DNA from: Phyllosticta citribraziliensis
Taxonomy: Eukaryota
Reading direction: 5' to 3'
Assembly (NCBI RefSeq): GCF_038025025.1
Contig: NW_027117341.1
Span: 1,860,001 to 1,924,000 of the forward strand
Length of the DNA stretch: 64,000 bases
A model generated the notes under the pieces. That model did no database searches and had not been told where the DNA came from. It saw only the letters and a program-made list of their open reading frames with translations. This document shows, one piece after another, positions 36,088-49,565 of this stretch. Position 1 is the first letter of the stretch; every line of letters starts with the position of its first letter. The position numbers and the translations under genes were made by a program.

Positions 36088-38565
36088 TTCCTTGTGAGCC
36101 CGTCAACGAATTCTACTCGCCATGGGCCTGAATTCTGACACCGAGGGCAACTTTTGGCTCCCGGTCGAGCCTTGCGACGAAAGCTTATCTGGATTTTGGA
36201 GACGCACAGAGGGCGAAGATAGATCCAGTCTCCCGGTAAATCTCCCGGTTGCGCCCGTTCTAGCACGGGACTGGGTATGCTCGTCAGCTTTCTTTTGCCT
36301 GCACAATGCAATGCTGCAAAGCTTATCTGAACGGCATGAGTCTGCAGCCTCACTTGCCGAAGTGAATTTGGGTGGCATTCGAGGCAATGTGTCCGCCTCG
36401 AAAGTCCGTCTGATTACATTTCTGATGGATCGCAGGCCGCGTTCACGGTTTACTGCGGTCTGTACGCCTGTACTTTGTCGTCTGTTTCTTGAACCGAGAG
36501 GTTGAACTCGAAGTCAGCTTCGAGCTGTGCACTGGTGGGCTTCCGCACAGATTGCGATCAGCACCACTTTCTCTGGAGAGTTTGAGGTCGATGGTGCGGT
36601 CATCATTTCGTTTCCGTTTCCTCTTCGATTCTTGCTTTGACGATCAGGTTTCAATCGACGTCGACTGTGATCTCTCGCGAGATTCGTCCGTTTTCAATTA
36701 CCGAAGCCATCAGCAGGTTTGTACTTGGACGGATGATAGTCTGTCAGACCAAGGTTCACGACGGTTCCGATTGACCTTGTTTCCGGGTTGCTGCCTGCGG
36801 AGTTGGATCAGCGTCCAGGATGAAGCGCGCTGCAAGGCCTCGAGAAATCCGCAATCCTCTTATCAGGTCATCTCTCGGCCGTTTTGATCCTTCCTCAACG
36901 GTCTGAGATGTCTCGCAATCCTCACGTTAGCAATTTCTCGTCGTTGCGAGGGATCTTGCAAGCCAGCATTGCGCCAGCGCTAGGCTGGCTTTGTCCACCA
37001 TTGCGGCGCTTGAACATGAGTAAGATCGACTTGGACAATACGAGGTGGATGGATTCGCTTTATTGACATGGTCGTGAGGCGACGCTCAACCGCAACGATG
37101 ACCAATGTCCAGTCAAAAAGCACATTGATGCTTTGCGGGCCGCAGGGAGTGCTTTTTCAACGGTCGAGACCATGGTCAGCATTGGGATAGCGGCGGGACC
37201 CGCTCAACGTAGGTGCTCCGGATGCGTGGACAGAGTTGAAGAGATGGCGAGTGGGATGGCTTGGCGTGGTGTTGAAACAGGCGTGGAAGCGGCAATGAAT
37301 TTGGAGGTGGTCAGAGCTTCAACCTTAGTTCAACCACCTCCCATCCTTTCTTCTTCTCTCCACCCGCAGTTCCTCACGTTCCTTTGCCTAAGGTGCTCCA
37401 AGGCGTTGATTGCGTCATTTCAAATGGTCCGCTTGACAGTCGTTTCCATGGGGGCACGGGCGTGGAGTGGCATTGTCCAACAATGGCAGCCTCGTGGTCT
37501 TGGTAACGCCGGCGACACAAGCCCTTGGGTTTAGGGGACACTGCCTCAGGCCAGCTGGTCTTTGGTCTCACCTCCAGCGCCATACTGTAGCCCATGTCGA
37601 CGTCAGGGGCTCGAGCGCGCCAAAAGAGAGTTTGCGCCGGACTCTACACCCTCCAACGCTCTACGTCTCACCATGGACCAATCACGTTCTTCACCAGCGA
37701 CCGCGTTGTTCCTTTTACAGCCGACCCTTGAGATTGTGTCCAATCGCCTCTGAACACCGAGGAAGTCGCCGCAATGATGGCCCATCTGGGCATCTCACCT
37801 GCCAAAGGCTCGCGGTTTCAGAGCTCTGAGCAAGCCCACCTACCCTCGCTCAACGGCTTCGTAGATCCCCATGTGCCTGAGGCCGCGGCGTGGGACCGTT
37901 GCCTCTTTTTTGTTCTGAACCTTATCGCGACATGCCACTTTCCTGAAGCCAACGACACGCCCTAGAAAGCTCGATAAGATTTTCAGGCAGTGCTGCGACC
38001 AAAGTTCAACAAGGACTCCCGGATTTGACACCTGAAGTTCAGTCTTGACGCAACGCCCACGGCGGAACAAGTGGCGCACAACTAGAGCTGTCACTGGCGG
38101 CGTCAGCGCCGCTCGCTGGGCTGTAACCATCATGCGTCCAAGTCAAGCCTCTTCGGCGCTAGACGTCTTTGCAGTTCTCATCGATCATTTGCTTGCCTTG
38201 GCTAGCTCCAGTTACAGGATCCCGCGGCCGCTCGTCTGTCGACAGGAACTGCGTCAGACTTGGTGGTGCGAAACTCTTGCCTGCAGTCGGCCCCGTCACA
38301 AGTCGTCTTCTCTGTCCTGAAATGTATCGCAATGCCCTCTCGTTTGAACGACGATGCTGCCCAGTTTCTCCTCTCCCGCTAAGAGTGTTTCTTTCCTAGT
38401 CGGCTGAATCAACTCTGTTGGCATTGGATAGCGTTGGCGAAGCTCTGCCTTCTCTCATGCCACTCCAGCACAACCACCAACTGGTTTAATCCTCTCGTTT
38501 GTCCATTTGTTCTCGGCATCCATCCAGCCTGGCTCAACTGTAAGTTTGTCGCCAGATCATCCGTG

Positions 38566-40884
38566 ATGGCTTCAACAGGTGCGAGTGGTTTCGCCGACCA
38601 GGCGTCCACCACGATCGTCGACGCAGCAGCCGCTCCTGGAACGAATACTACATCGACGGGGAAAAAGCACTTTTCGAGCTTGGTATTGAGTCAAGAGAGG
38701 GCAGTCAGGACACTGAATGTGGTCATTGGGGTTGTCAGTACATTTCTCATGGCCATGATGATTGCCAGAATCTTGTTCGACAACAGGAGAGCTTCGAAAT
38801 TACGGGTCGTCGTGAGGCCAAGGTGAGTACTCGGCGGCTTCGCAAACTGTGTGCAACTCTTGACAGGCGACAGGCGATTCGAATTTCTGAGATCGACGCG
38901 CAACTCTGACGTCTTTCCACTGGTTCTGGGATTCTTCATCTTCATTCAGGAGATCATTCTGGTGGCAGTTCAGGCCAGCCGCATGGACAAAATCTCGACC
39001 ACAGGCTGCCGCGGCCTTTCCATGTTGCTTCTACCAAGTAAGTCGAAGAAACTGGCTGTTGACCTGCAGCGTTACTGACTTCAAAAAGCCATTTTCATGT
39101 CTGCTTACGCCACCTTGGTCTTTGGAATCGAGGCCGTCATCCGGGCTTTCAAAGGCTCCGTTTCACGCGGAAAATGGAATACTCCAGTCTGTATTGGAGT
39201 GGTTCTCGCGTTGATGGTGCTCACACTCGTTCCTACCGTCGCGTGGCGCGCGCGAAACAAGTGCTTTGGCGAGCTGCTTTGGATTCCTCTCCACTTCCGC
39301 CGACTCTTTCTTCCGATTCTATCGACTCTGATCTTTGCGTACGTTCTCATGATGGGCCTCCTCATCATACGCCTTTTCTACGACACTAGCTTCGACGAGG
39401 AGGAGAGAATTTCGGCATCGAGGATGGTCTACCTGCTGGGTTTTGCAGTGGCCCAGAATGTGAGTTTCAAATCCGTTCCACGCGCGACGAGAATCCTAAT
39501 GAAAATTTAGGCACTCATCATGCCCTTCTTCGTTGTCCTCTACGTCGGGAAGTTTTCTGCCAAACTCAGCAGCTCTCGAGTCGCAGAGTTTGTTCTTTAC
39601 AGCTCTGGCGCCTTCGTCTCGTTCATTCTGCTCTTTTTGCGAATTAACAGCAATGCCGCAGCTATCCAGCCCCGGACCTCTTCCTCTTTTTCGAGATTCA
39701 ATCCATTACGATTCTTGGCCTTTCAAGGACCGGATAGTTTCGACTTCAAAATCAGCGATCCCATTGCTGTTGGGGGAGAGAAGAATAACCGGTTCGACCG
39801 CTACGCATATCAATATCGAACAGAGAAGGTCGGCTTTGGAATGGAAAAGGGAAATCCGGGGCAGAGAGAAAAGAGTGAGACTTGGAAGGCACCTTTGGTC
39901 CAAACCAAACAAGTTCAGGGCGATTCTCCGACGAAAAAGGCCACACCCAGCAAGCAGCCTCTATACACCCACAAGCGCACCAGGTCTGGATCATACTCTC
40001 TGTTCCCAGCCAAGTCCGAACAAGGCCGAGAATCACAACTCCCTTATTCTCTCCGCCTGCCACACATTCCGACGCTTCCAAAGTTGCCCTCCACTGTCTA
40101 TTCTCCAGACTCTTCGCCACAAAAGGCCAAAGCGCCTATCGACCCGTTTGCTAGCCCAACCAAGGGAGCGAGATTAGGATCTGTAACAAATGTAGCCGAC
40201 TACTACGACACTCTTCCACCTCAGCCACTGTTTACAGGCCGTCACCTTCGTGACACCAGTGTCGACAGCCACGCGACAGTTCAGATTGGCCTTCGCCTCT
40301 CCATGGCACCAACCAACATCCCCGTGGCGGACGTATCCGCCGCGAACCGATACCTGGCAGAAATGCCCGTAACGGCCGAAAGCTCGAGAAGACCGTCCGC
40401 AAACGACCCCGATTCTCATTCCGAAATAACAATCTCCCTCGATCGCAACACGTCTTCTTCTTCTAAACCTCACAATTCGCCCGCGCCATCGCAAACCCAA
40501 AGCCGCGCTACCTCGACCGCAATCAGCGAGTCGGAAGTAGCCTCCAGCTCCAGCCACACATCTTCTGCTCTCAGCACCGCCGACTCGTCATTAAGTGCCT
40601 TTACCATCATCGCGCCCAAGACATACCAGCAACCAGCACGCCAACGCGCTGCTCAAGACTCGCCTCCCAGAACCGTCCTGTCCGGCGGCAACCCGTTTGC
40701 CATTGTCCCCAGCAGCAGCCAGATCGACCTGCGAAGTCCGCCGTCGCGGTCGTCGTCGACGCGGACGAAGAACAGCGAGGTGCTACGCGAACAGACGTCG
40801 CGACCGCGCTGGGTCGACCTCAAGAACGAGGCCAACGTGCAGATGAGGTCGAGCGATGCGAGCGAGGCGGCGCGCTGGATATGA
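38566..40884 (+). CDS. Uncharacterised 7-transmembrane, GPCR-like protein (~721 aa) with a long S/P-rich cytoplasmic tail
   Basis: Exons 38566-38822, 38874-39037, 39089-39459 and 39511-40884 join in frame; seven hydrophobic segments; Cys at the top of TM3 and in extracellular loop 2. Confidence 0.8.
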
Positions 40885-42758
40885 AAGTGTTGTTTGTTTC
40901 TGTCACTGGCGTTGCGTGGTTTCCTTTCCAAACGGCCGCCTTTGAATACCTCCATTCCTCTCTTCTCCTGTCTTTTCGGTGTCGTTGCATGTCATTTCGT
41001 CTAGCCTTGTTTGTGGGTTAGGGTCTGTCGTTTCGGCGCTGCTGTCATGAAGCACTTGCTTTGCACTCACTGTTTGAACGAACTGAACCGAACCGAGGCG
41101 ACCTCTTCTATCTCCTACTCTTTTCCCTTGGTCATTGCCTCCTTGCCTCCTCTTGGGGGCGCAGACGGCCCCTTTTCACTGGCTCTCTATCTATCTATCT
41201 ATCATATCAGAGCTCATTGTCATCGCTGCCTGCATACCTACTTACCTTACCTAGCTCCTGATCAAAATATACACCGCGCCCGCACGGGGCCTCTTGTACC
41301 TACTTCTCCCTCCCTCACTTCCTCACGCATCCAACTTTGTCGGTATCCCCTCTTCTCTGTCAACACGCACTCTGCCCCGCATGACGATGGAGTCTTCATT
41401 CCGCGTTCCTCGCGATTGGTCGTTTCTTTCCTCTTGTCTCCATTTCTCTACGTCTTTATCTTCCCGGCCGCTTTTGTTTACGACAAATGCTTTTTTGCCT
41501 GCTTGCTTGAATCACGGTTTTGCATGCAGCCTGCCTGTCCTGTGTAAGAGCAATCAAGATGACAGACGGACGGGAAGGTGGGTGGGTGGGTGGGCCTTGT
41601 TGGTAGCATGCGTAGCGTAGTGCAGTGTAGTCCACGTCACAGACCGTGAGAATGGAGGACTTTCTCATTGACCACCAAGACTTTTCTTCAGTTCCTCATT
41701 CCGTGCTTCCCTGTTTGCTCTGACATCTGATCCTTCCGTTCCACTCTCAGGGTACCTCGAGGGCGTAAGGTATGTTGGTTGACGTCGACACTTCCATCCC
41801 TTCCATTTCCCTAACCTCCTACACAGACGCAGGAGCCGGAGCAGCAGCAGGAGCAGGCGTACAGAAACAAGCGTGCCGAACGAGCGGCCGCACGACGGGC
41901 GTCGGCGCGTCGCGTTTGACGGGCGGGAGGGTGCCTTGGTGCCTTGCATGTGGGTTGACGGGCGGGTGCCGTCATTGTGCATGGCGGCGATGCGAAACGG
42001 TGGTGAGCGGCTGGTTGGCGAGTGGCGGATGGTGCCGCGGGTGAGGACGGGGGTAGGGAGAGAGGGGTTGTGGGTTGTGTGTTGGGCTGCCATGTGTTGG
42101 AGGGACTACGGGTTGGGAGGGTGTGGTGGTGGTGTGGTGGTGGTGTGGTGTTGGTGCTTGAGGTGGGTAGCTGGCTGGAGTTGCTAGTTACTGTTAAGGA
42201 GCAGTCTCTGGATGGAGGTGCAGTGCAGTCAGTACTCAGGAGAGCAGTAAGATGACGACCACAACAAAGGCAGAAGGAGAACGTGGATGAGAAATTAATC
42301 AAGTTCGCTTTTTGCCTGCCTGGTCCACCACACCCTCTCACATCGTCGCTGATCTCTCATCACGACACTCAATCTACAACCCCCTCTATCAATCCTTCTT
42401 TTTTCAAGTACCGATGCATCAATCCATCCATTCCACGCCCGAAACGCCGGTTCATTACACTGATGAAAGATGAAAACCCTGTCTGCATGCATGGTGATGG
42501 TGTTCCCGCGTCGTCCGTCGGCCGTTGTTGTCTGCGCTTGTCCGACCACCATCGCGAGATGAGGTGAGATGGGTCGGGTCGGATCCGTCGGACTACGCGC
42601 AGACAGGCACCCAGGCACCGACGAACGGACGTCTTGGATGCCATAAGTCCGCAGCCGCACGTCTCCTGCCTTCATTTCGAATTGCGAACATGTTGCGGCA
42701 TAAGCAGCTCGAACAGACTGACAGGTGGTCGCCGACCCAAAACCAAACCGCGGGCCTA

Positions 42759-43965
42759 CTACGCGGCAATGGTCTGTCGTTGCGCCGGCTCGTTCTCGTA
42801 CTCGTACTCAATCTCGCGCTTGGGGCCCTTGGCGTTCTTCTTCTTGTTGGGTTTGGGCGGCGGACTGCTGCCGCGGGTACGCTTGCGGTTGTTCATGTTT
42901 GCGAGGGCCTTTCGGAGCTTGGACGTGTCCTCTTCGCTTGCATCCTCGCTGTCGTCCTCGTCTTCGTCGTCGTCGTCTTCGCTGCCGTCATCGCCGGTTT
43001 CTGCGTCGTCGCTGCTGTCGCCGCCGACCCAGTCTTCCAGGTCGTCGAGACCTTCGTCTTCGGACTCGCTGCCCTCGATGTCGCTGACGTACTCGACGTC
43101 CCCGACACCGTCCTCCATCTCGTGCTCCATTTCCTCCTCCTCTTCGATGCCATCGTCCATGTCTTCGTCTCTCTCGCCCTCGCCTTGTCGCTCGAGACCC
43201 CGCAGTACCTTGCGCCACACGGCTTCGTCGACGTTCAGCGGCTGCTCGCCGTAGGCGCCGCTGCGCAACCGCTCAATCAGCTCACGCTCGATGGCACGCT
43301 CGACCTTGGCGGCGGCCTCGGCCTTGCGCTCGCGCGTCTCCTCGCGGCGCCGGATCTTGGGCGCCAGCTTGGGGACGAGCGTCTCGCCGAGGCGCGCCTG
43401 CTCCTTGGCCAGTCGCTGGCTGCGGATGCGCACTTGCGTCAGGCGAGTCAGACGCTGCTTGTTCTTGTGGAGGAGAAACTTGGGAAAGTAGGCAAGGCGG
43501 TCGTCGATTTGCTGCAGTGCCTGGGCGTAGTTGGAGGACAGCTTTATGCGCTCCCACCAGCGCGAGGGCTGTCGATGTTGTCAGTGTTTGCGTTTCCACA
43601 TGAAAGGACTTTCTCTGGCGCTGACTGACCTGGTGAGCTCGTTCGATGGTCTTGATGTACAGGAATAGTGCGCCTGTCTCGGGGTGGGCGCGGATGGTGG
43701 CATAGCGGGAATTTGCAAGGGGACAGGACTGGCGGTTGCAGAGTCCAGTTACGTTGTATCTGAAAAGACTCTGTCAATGTCTGAATGAAGCCATGGGTCC
43801 TGAAGAGACGTACTCGTTGCGGCAGAACGTCTGGTTTTTTGTGGGGAGCCTGAGAATTCAGGTTAGCAAGCTGGATTTGGGTGGTTGGGACGAGATTGCG
43901 CACTTGAGCTTGAAGGAGCAGAACTGCTGGTTGATGACCTGCCACACAATCTCGTCGGAAGCCAT
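42759..43965 (-). CDS. MAK16: 60S ribosome biogenesis protein Mak16
   Basis: [21 protein letters not shown]...[41 protein letters not shown] and an acidic tail; three introns. Confidence 0.95.
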
Positions 43966-44182
43966 GGTAGCGAGTAGGCGGTTGGAGCTGGGGGAGTGGA
44001 TTTGTCTGGGTGTGGAGCAGAGGTTCTTGGTTCTTGGGCAAGGGCTTGAACTTTTTGGCGGATCTCCGAAATCTTGGCGTCGGCGTTTCGTGGGCGCCGG
44101 CCAGCCAGACCCTGTCGGCCGTCGCGTCCAATTGTGAGCAATCTGATTCGACATTTCGGTTCTCGTCTCCTCCATCCTCCAC

Positions 44183-46243
44183 ATGCGCCTGGCTTGCTGT
44201 CTTCGTCGCGCGTCTCCCCGTCGCCCCTCGACCCTCTCCACGCATCTCGCCATTTGCTCGAGCCAATTGGTCTCGACGCGGGCACTCCAATCTTCGCCAT
44301 GGACTGAGCGCCGCTCTTCAGCCAGGACCATTGCGTCATGGCCTTTGAAATGTCCTCGACCTCATCAATCAAGAGCCTTCCATCCCGGCCACAGTAGTAG
44401 CCACGAGCCCACCATATATGCCCTGTCTACTGCTCCTGGTAGAGCTGCCATTGCAGTCATAAGAATATCAGGCCCCGCTTGCGCCCACGTCTGTCTCCAG
44501 TCCTGCGTCGTGACGTATCGGAACCTGACCAAGTCCAGGTCTATCGTTCACTGTGCCCCGACACTACCTTTCCAAAGCCGCGCCACGCCTCCCTTCGCAC
44601 GCTGTACGACCCTACGTGCCCCGCATCTCCTTCTTCTATTCTAGACTCGGCCCTCGTCATCTACTTTCCCGCTCCAAACACCGTGACTGGCGAAGACCTC
44701 CTCGAGCTGCACGTCCACGGCGGGCCAGCCATCGTGCGCGCCGTCCTCGCTGCCATCCCACAATGCCCGACCGAGAATGGAGTAAAACATCACATTCGCT
44801 ATGCCGAAGCTGGCGAGTTCACGCGGCGCGCATTTCTCAACGACCGCATGGACTTGACCCAGATTGAAGCGCTGGGCGACACGCTTACGGCCACGACCGA
44901 GCAACAGCGACGCCTCTCGGTGCGCGGTACGCGGAGTGGCCTTGCTCAGCGCTACGAAGAGTGGACGCGGCAACTGCTGTATGCGCGTGGCGAGCTCGAG
45001 GCCCTGATCGACTTTTCAGAAGACCAGCACTTTGACGAGTCGCCCGCGCAGCTGGCGTCTTCGGTGGCGGCGCAAGTCAAGCTTCTCAAGACGCAGATAG
45101 ACACCCACGCCGCCAATGCCGTCAGGGGTGAGCTGCTGCGGAACGGCATCGGCATCGTGCTGCTGGGCGAGCCCAACGCGGGGAAGAGCAGCCTGCTGAA
45201 CCGCGTCGTGGGAAGAGAGGCGGCAATCGTCAGCCAGGAGGCGGGAACCACTAGGGACGTGGTCGAGACAGGGGTAGACATGGGGGGTTTTTTCGTGAGG
45301 GTAGGAGACACGGCAGGGCTACGCAAAAGCGACACGCCTGAAAGCAGTCCCAAAGCAGCCGCAGAATCGTCAGCAGTCGGTGCCATCGAACAAGAAGGCA
45401 TCCGCCGCGCCAAGGCACTGGCGCTCGACTCCGACGTCGTCGTCTGCGTCTTCTCCATCGAATCTGACCCTCACGGGTTCCCCCGTCTCTCGCTCAGCCC
45501 CGAAGTCGTCGCCGCGGCTCAGCAGTGCGTGGAGCGCGGCATCCAAGTCGTCGCTGTCGTCAACAAAGCAGACAAGCTCGCCGCCACTCCAGACGTCGAA
45601 GCTGCAAAACAGGCGCACATATCCGCAATCCAGTCCGCGCTCGCCCTCCCCGCTGACCGCATCCGCTTCATCTCGTGCAAAGAAGCGTCGACTCCTTCTT
45701 CGCCGCCTTCCACTCAAATACAGGACCCGGACCCCGACCCAGGCCACATCCAAGCGCTCCTCCAATCCCTCATCGCCGTCTTCGAATCCATGACCGAACC
45801 CCTCATCCCTTCCCTCCCCTCGCCCTCCCCCGACCCGTCATCGCCATCGGACCCCAGCACCAGCACCACCCCCTGCGTCGACGCGTCCGTCTGGCAAGAG
45901 TCCCTCGGCGCCAGCGAGCGCCAGCGCGTGCTGTTGTCCGCCTGCTCGGCGCACCTGGGCGACTTTTTGCGCGACGTTGAGAGCGGTAGTGTGCATGGTG
46001 AGGGCGACCTCGACATCGTCGTCGCGGCCGAGACGCTGCGCGAGGCGGCGGGGTGTCTGGGACGCATCACGGGGCGCGGCGAGGTGGTGGGCGCGGGCGA
46101 CGTGGAGGAGGTGTTGGGCGTCGTGTTTGAGAAGTGAGTTCCTTTTCGTTTAGGTTTTGCTGCCTTGCTGTCTTTGGATGGCAGGGTTCGTGCGGTGCTA
46201 GGTGCTAACGTCATGTGTGTGTAGGTTTTGCGTTGGCAAGTGA
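44183..46243 (+). CDS. MSS1: Mitochondrial tRNA modification GTPase (MnmE/TrmE)
   Basis: TIYALSTAPGRAAIAVIRISG, TGEDLLELHVHGG, GEPNAGKSS, GTTRD, DTAG and NKAD; terminal exon FCVGK* (TGA 46241-46243). Confidence 0.94.
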
Positions 46244-46350
46244 GTAGGCATGGACAGGGCATGGAGGCAGTGTTTAGACGGTGATGGAAGTAGCTTTATT
46301 GTAGACAATGGATCTTATATCTCCCTTACATCCCCTATCCCTATCCCGTC

Positions 46351-46632
46351 TCAATGACCAAAAGCGACACCCCACCGCCTCCGCAAAACACTCCACGTCT
46401 CGCTCGCCCCGCCGCTGCGGCCCTGCGCGCGCTCCTCGCGGCTGATGCGCGACGCGGCGGCCGCGATGCCGATGCAGGCGGCGAAGAGGGGGTCGAGGCG
46501 TCTGTGATGGTTAGTGGGTGTGTGGAAGGGGTGGGGAAGTTGAGGGGAGAGGGGGAAAGGGGGAAGAGAAAGCTGGGAAGGGGAGGGACAGGAGACGCAC
46601 TTGGAGATGATGTATTTGAATGCGGTAGCCAT
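46351..46632 (-). CDS. NCE101: Non-classical export protein Nce101-like microprotein (2 exons)
   Basis: MATAFKYIISK|RLDPLFAACIGIAAAASRISREE matches the YIIS..LDP.FA..IG..AA..RI.REE family pattern. Confidence 0.72.
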   Translation of the reverse strand: MATAFKYIISKCVSCPSPSQLSLPPFPLSPQLPHPFHTPTNHHRRLDPLFAACIGIAAAASRISREERAQGRSGGASETWSVLRRRWGVAFGH

Positions 46633-48315
46633 GGTTGGTGTTGTGGTTGTTTTGTCCGTGGTGTTGGTAGGCAGGCGAGACAACGCGCGCTTGAGTTGTG
46701 CGTGGGTGTGGTTGGTGGTTGGTTGGTGGAGACGGAAGGTGGTGGGTGGTGGTAACGATGTTGGCTGGCTCTTCCTTTCTCCGCCTTTGCCTTTGCTTTG
46801 CGTCGACTCTTTCGTGCGAATTCCTCGCAGCGGCAGCAGCAGTAGCAGTAGCTTGCAATTAATGCGAGTGCAGGACAAGCTCTTTCTCTCTTCTCTCTTC
46901 CTTCCCTTCTCTTTCCTTCCTTTCCGCACAGCAGTCACAAGCTCCTCTATGGGAAACAAGAGTGAGACTGGACTCCTGTTGGTCGGCGCGTTGAATTGGG
47001 CTGAGTTGAGATGATGGCGAGGTCAATAACAATGTCGTTGGTTGCGTTCAGTTCAGACGCGATGCGATGCGATGGATCGGCAAGACGTCGTCAAGGTACG
47101 GTAGGGCGGGCACACGGACGCGGACGCGGACGCGGGCGGACGCTGCGGGCGTGCCGCCCGACGAGGCCTCAGCCCTGCCGAAGCTGAAGCCGAACAACCA
47201 AGCCACGGCAGGTATCTACCAAGCAACCGACGACCTGAGCTAGCGCAAGCAATGACCGTCCCAGCTCTGGGCTGGCTGCACACACACACGCACGACTGAC
47301 GGACTGGATGAACCGGCTAACGGATGGGGTGAGGTACTGTCCGGTGTAGAAGAGAGGACGAGTTGAGGTGTGCATGCTCATTTGTCGCTTGTATCACATC
47401 ATTTACTCTACGGATGATACAGTACTTGAAATATGTATGTATGTACAGTGCCATCACCTGTGAGGGCGCACCTCGCTCATCTACACACAAGCAAGCGAGT
47501 GGAGATAAGAGCGCTACCTACATACCAGGCAAGTAAGCGCGCGGGCGGGCGGGCGGCGTCGTGGCTATCTCCTCTAGAAACGCTGCACGGCGAAGAAAGA
47601 ATGCAGTCACGATACGTCGGTCGGTTGCAGCGCTGAGGTAGGTACATACCTATTTACATACCAGTGAGGGACCTGAGGGCAGGAGTGGGGTCGGGTCTTC
47701 GCGTTTGTTGATTCCATGATCAGGGGTGCGGTCGGGGTCGGGGGGAGAGATAGCGTAGCGTCAGTCAGATGCTGGCTGGCTGGCTGGATGCGGTGGCTCA
47801 CGCCGTCTGTCCAACGAGGCGCCAAAAGGGGAGAGCGTTGGGAAAATGGCGTCACAGGCACCTCAGCTCAGCACCTCACATGGCATCCATTCTGGTTCCG
47901 TTCGTTCTGATGCCATCTGCTCAGGGCGTTTGTTTGATAACGGGCGACTATCTGAATGACTGACAGACCGACTGACTGACTGGTTGACTGCATGATGCTG
48001 CTTTGCTTATCCAACATTCTGATTTGACCACTACTGCATTCGAAGCTATGGAGAGACCCGTCCCCTCCGCGCGTCAACAACCAACCAACATGAAGACGAG
48101 AATAAAGGGCAGAGGGATGTCGTCGTGTCGAGAGCCGCTACGCTGCCGCTGCTGCTGCTAAGCCGAGAGACGCGGCGGCGGTCATATGGCGTGTGCATCA
48201 TGCCGCGCTTTGCTCAGAGTCGTCCGTCGTCGGCAACGACACGCGCACGCGTGCGGCGCCATCTTGTCGTCCCTGGCTTTACTGCTGCTGGAGTCTGTCT
48301 GCGTGGATACCGTTA

Positions 48316-49019
<704 letters not shown>

Positions 49020-49565
49020 GGTGGATGAGTTGTAGGGTTGTTTGGTCGGGTTGGGTTGATGCAGAGGAGGAGTTGAGGTTGAGAGCGAGAGGTGGAGTTG
49101 GGCGGCGGTGAGTGGAAGCTGGGTGGTGCTGAGTGGAGGAGGGAGGAGTGGGCAACGTACTGTACTGTAGCCAAGGTAAGGTCCAGGTCAGGTCGAGATG
49201 CAGCCTAGCCGTCACGGGTCAAGCCATCACATGACGCCCCAAACCGGCGGAGGCTGCTGGTCGCGCGCCGCCGTCAGCAGCTCACCTCACCCACGTCGCT
49301 GAGGTGTTTTGTTTCTCGTCGGTCGGTCGCCTGCGCTTTGCACCGTGTGACTTGGCCTCGCTGGCTGCTTGTGTTGTTCGTGCTGGTCGTCACCTCACTC
49401 AGGTCGCCCGTCCGTCAAGGTACTGTACTGTACCTCCCCGTCGCGCGATAAGCGATAAGCAGCTTTACCCCACGCCCCACTCGCTCGCTCGCTCGCTCAT
49501 TTTCGCTCGCTCCCCTCACCACCGACCACCACCGCCATGTCTCCCCGGCCCAGCCCCCTCTCACC

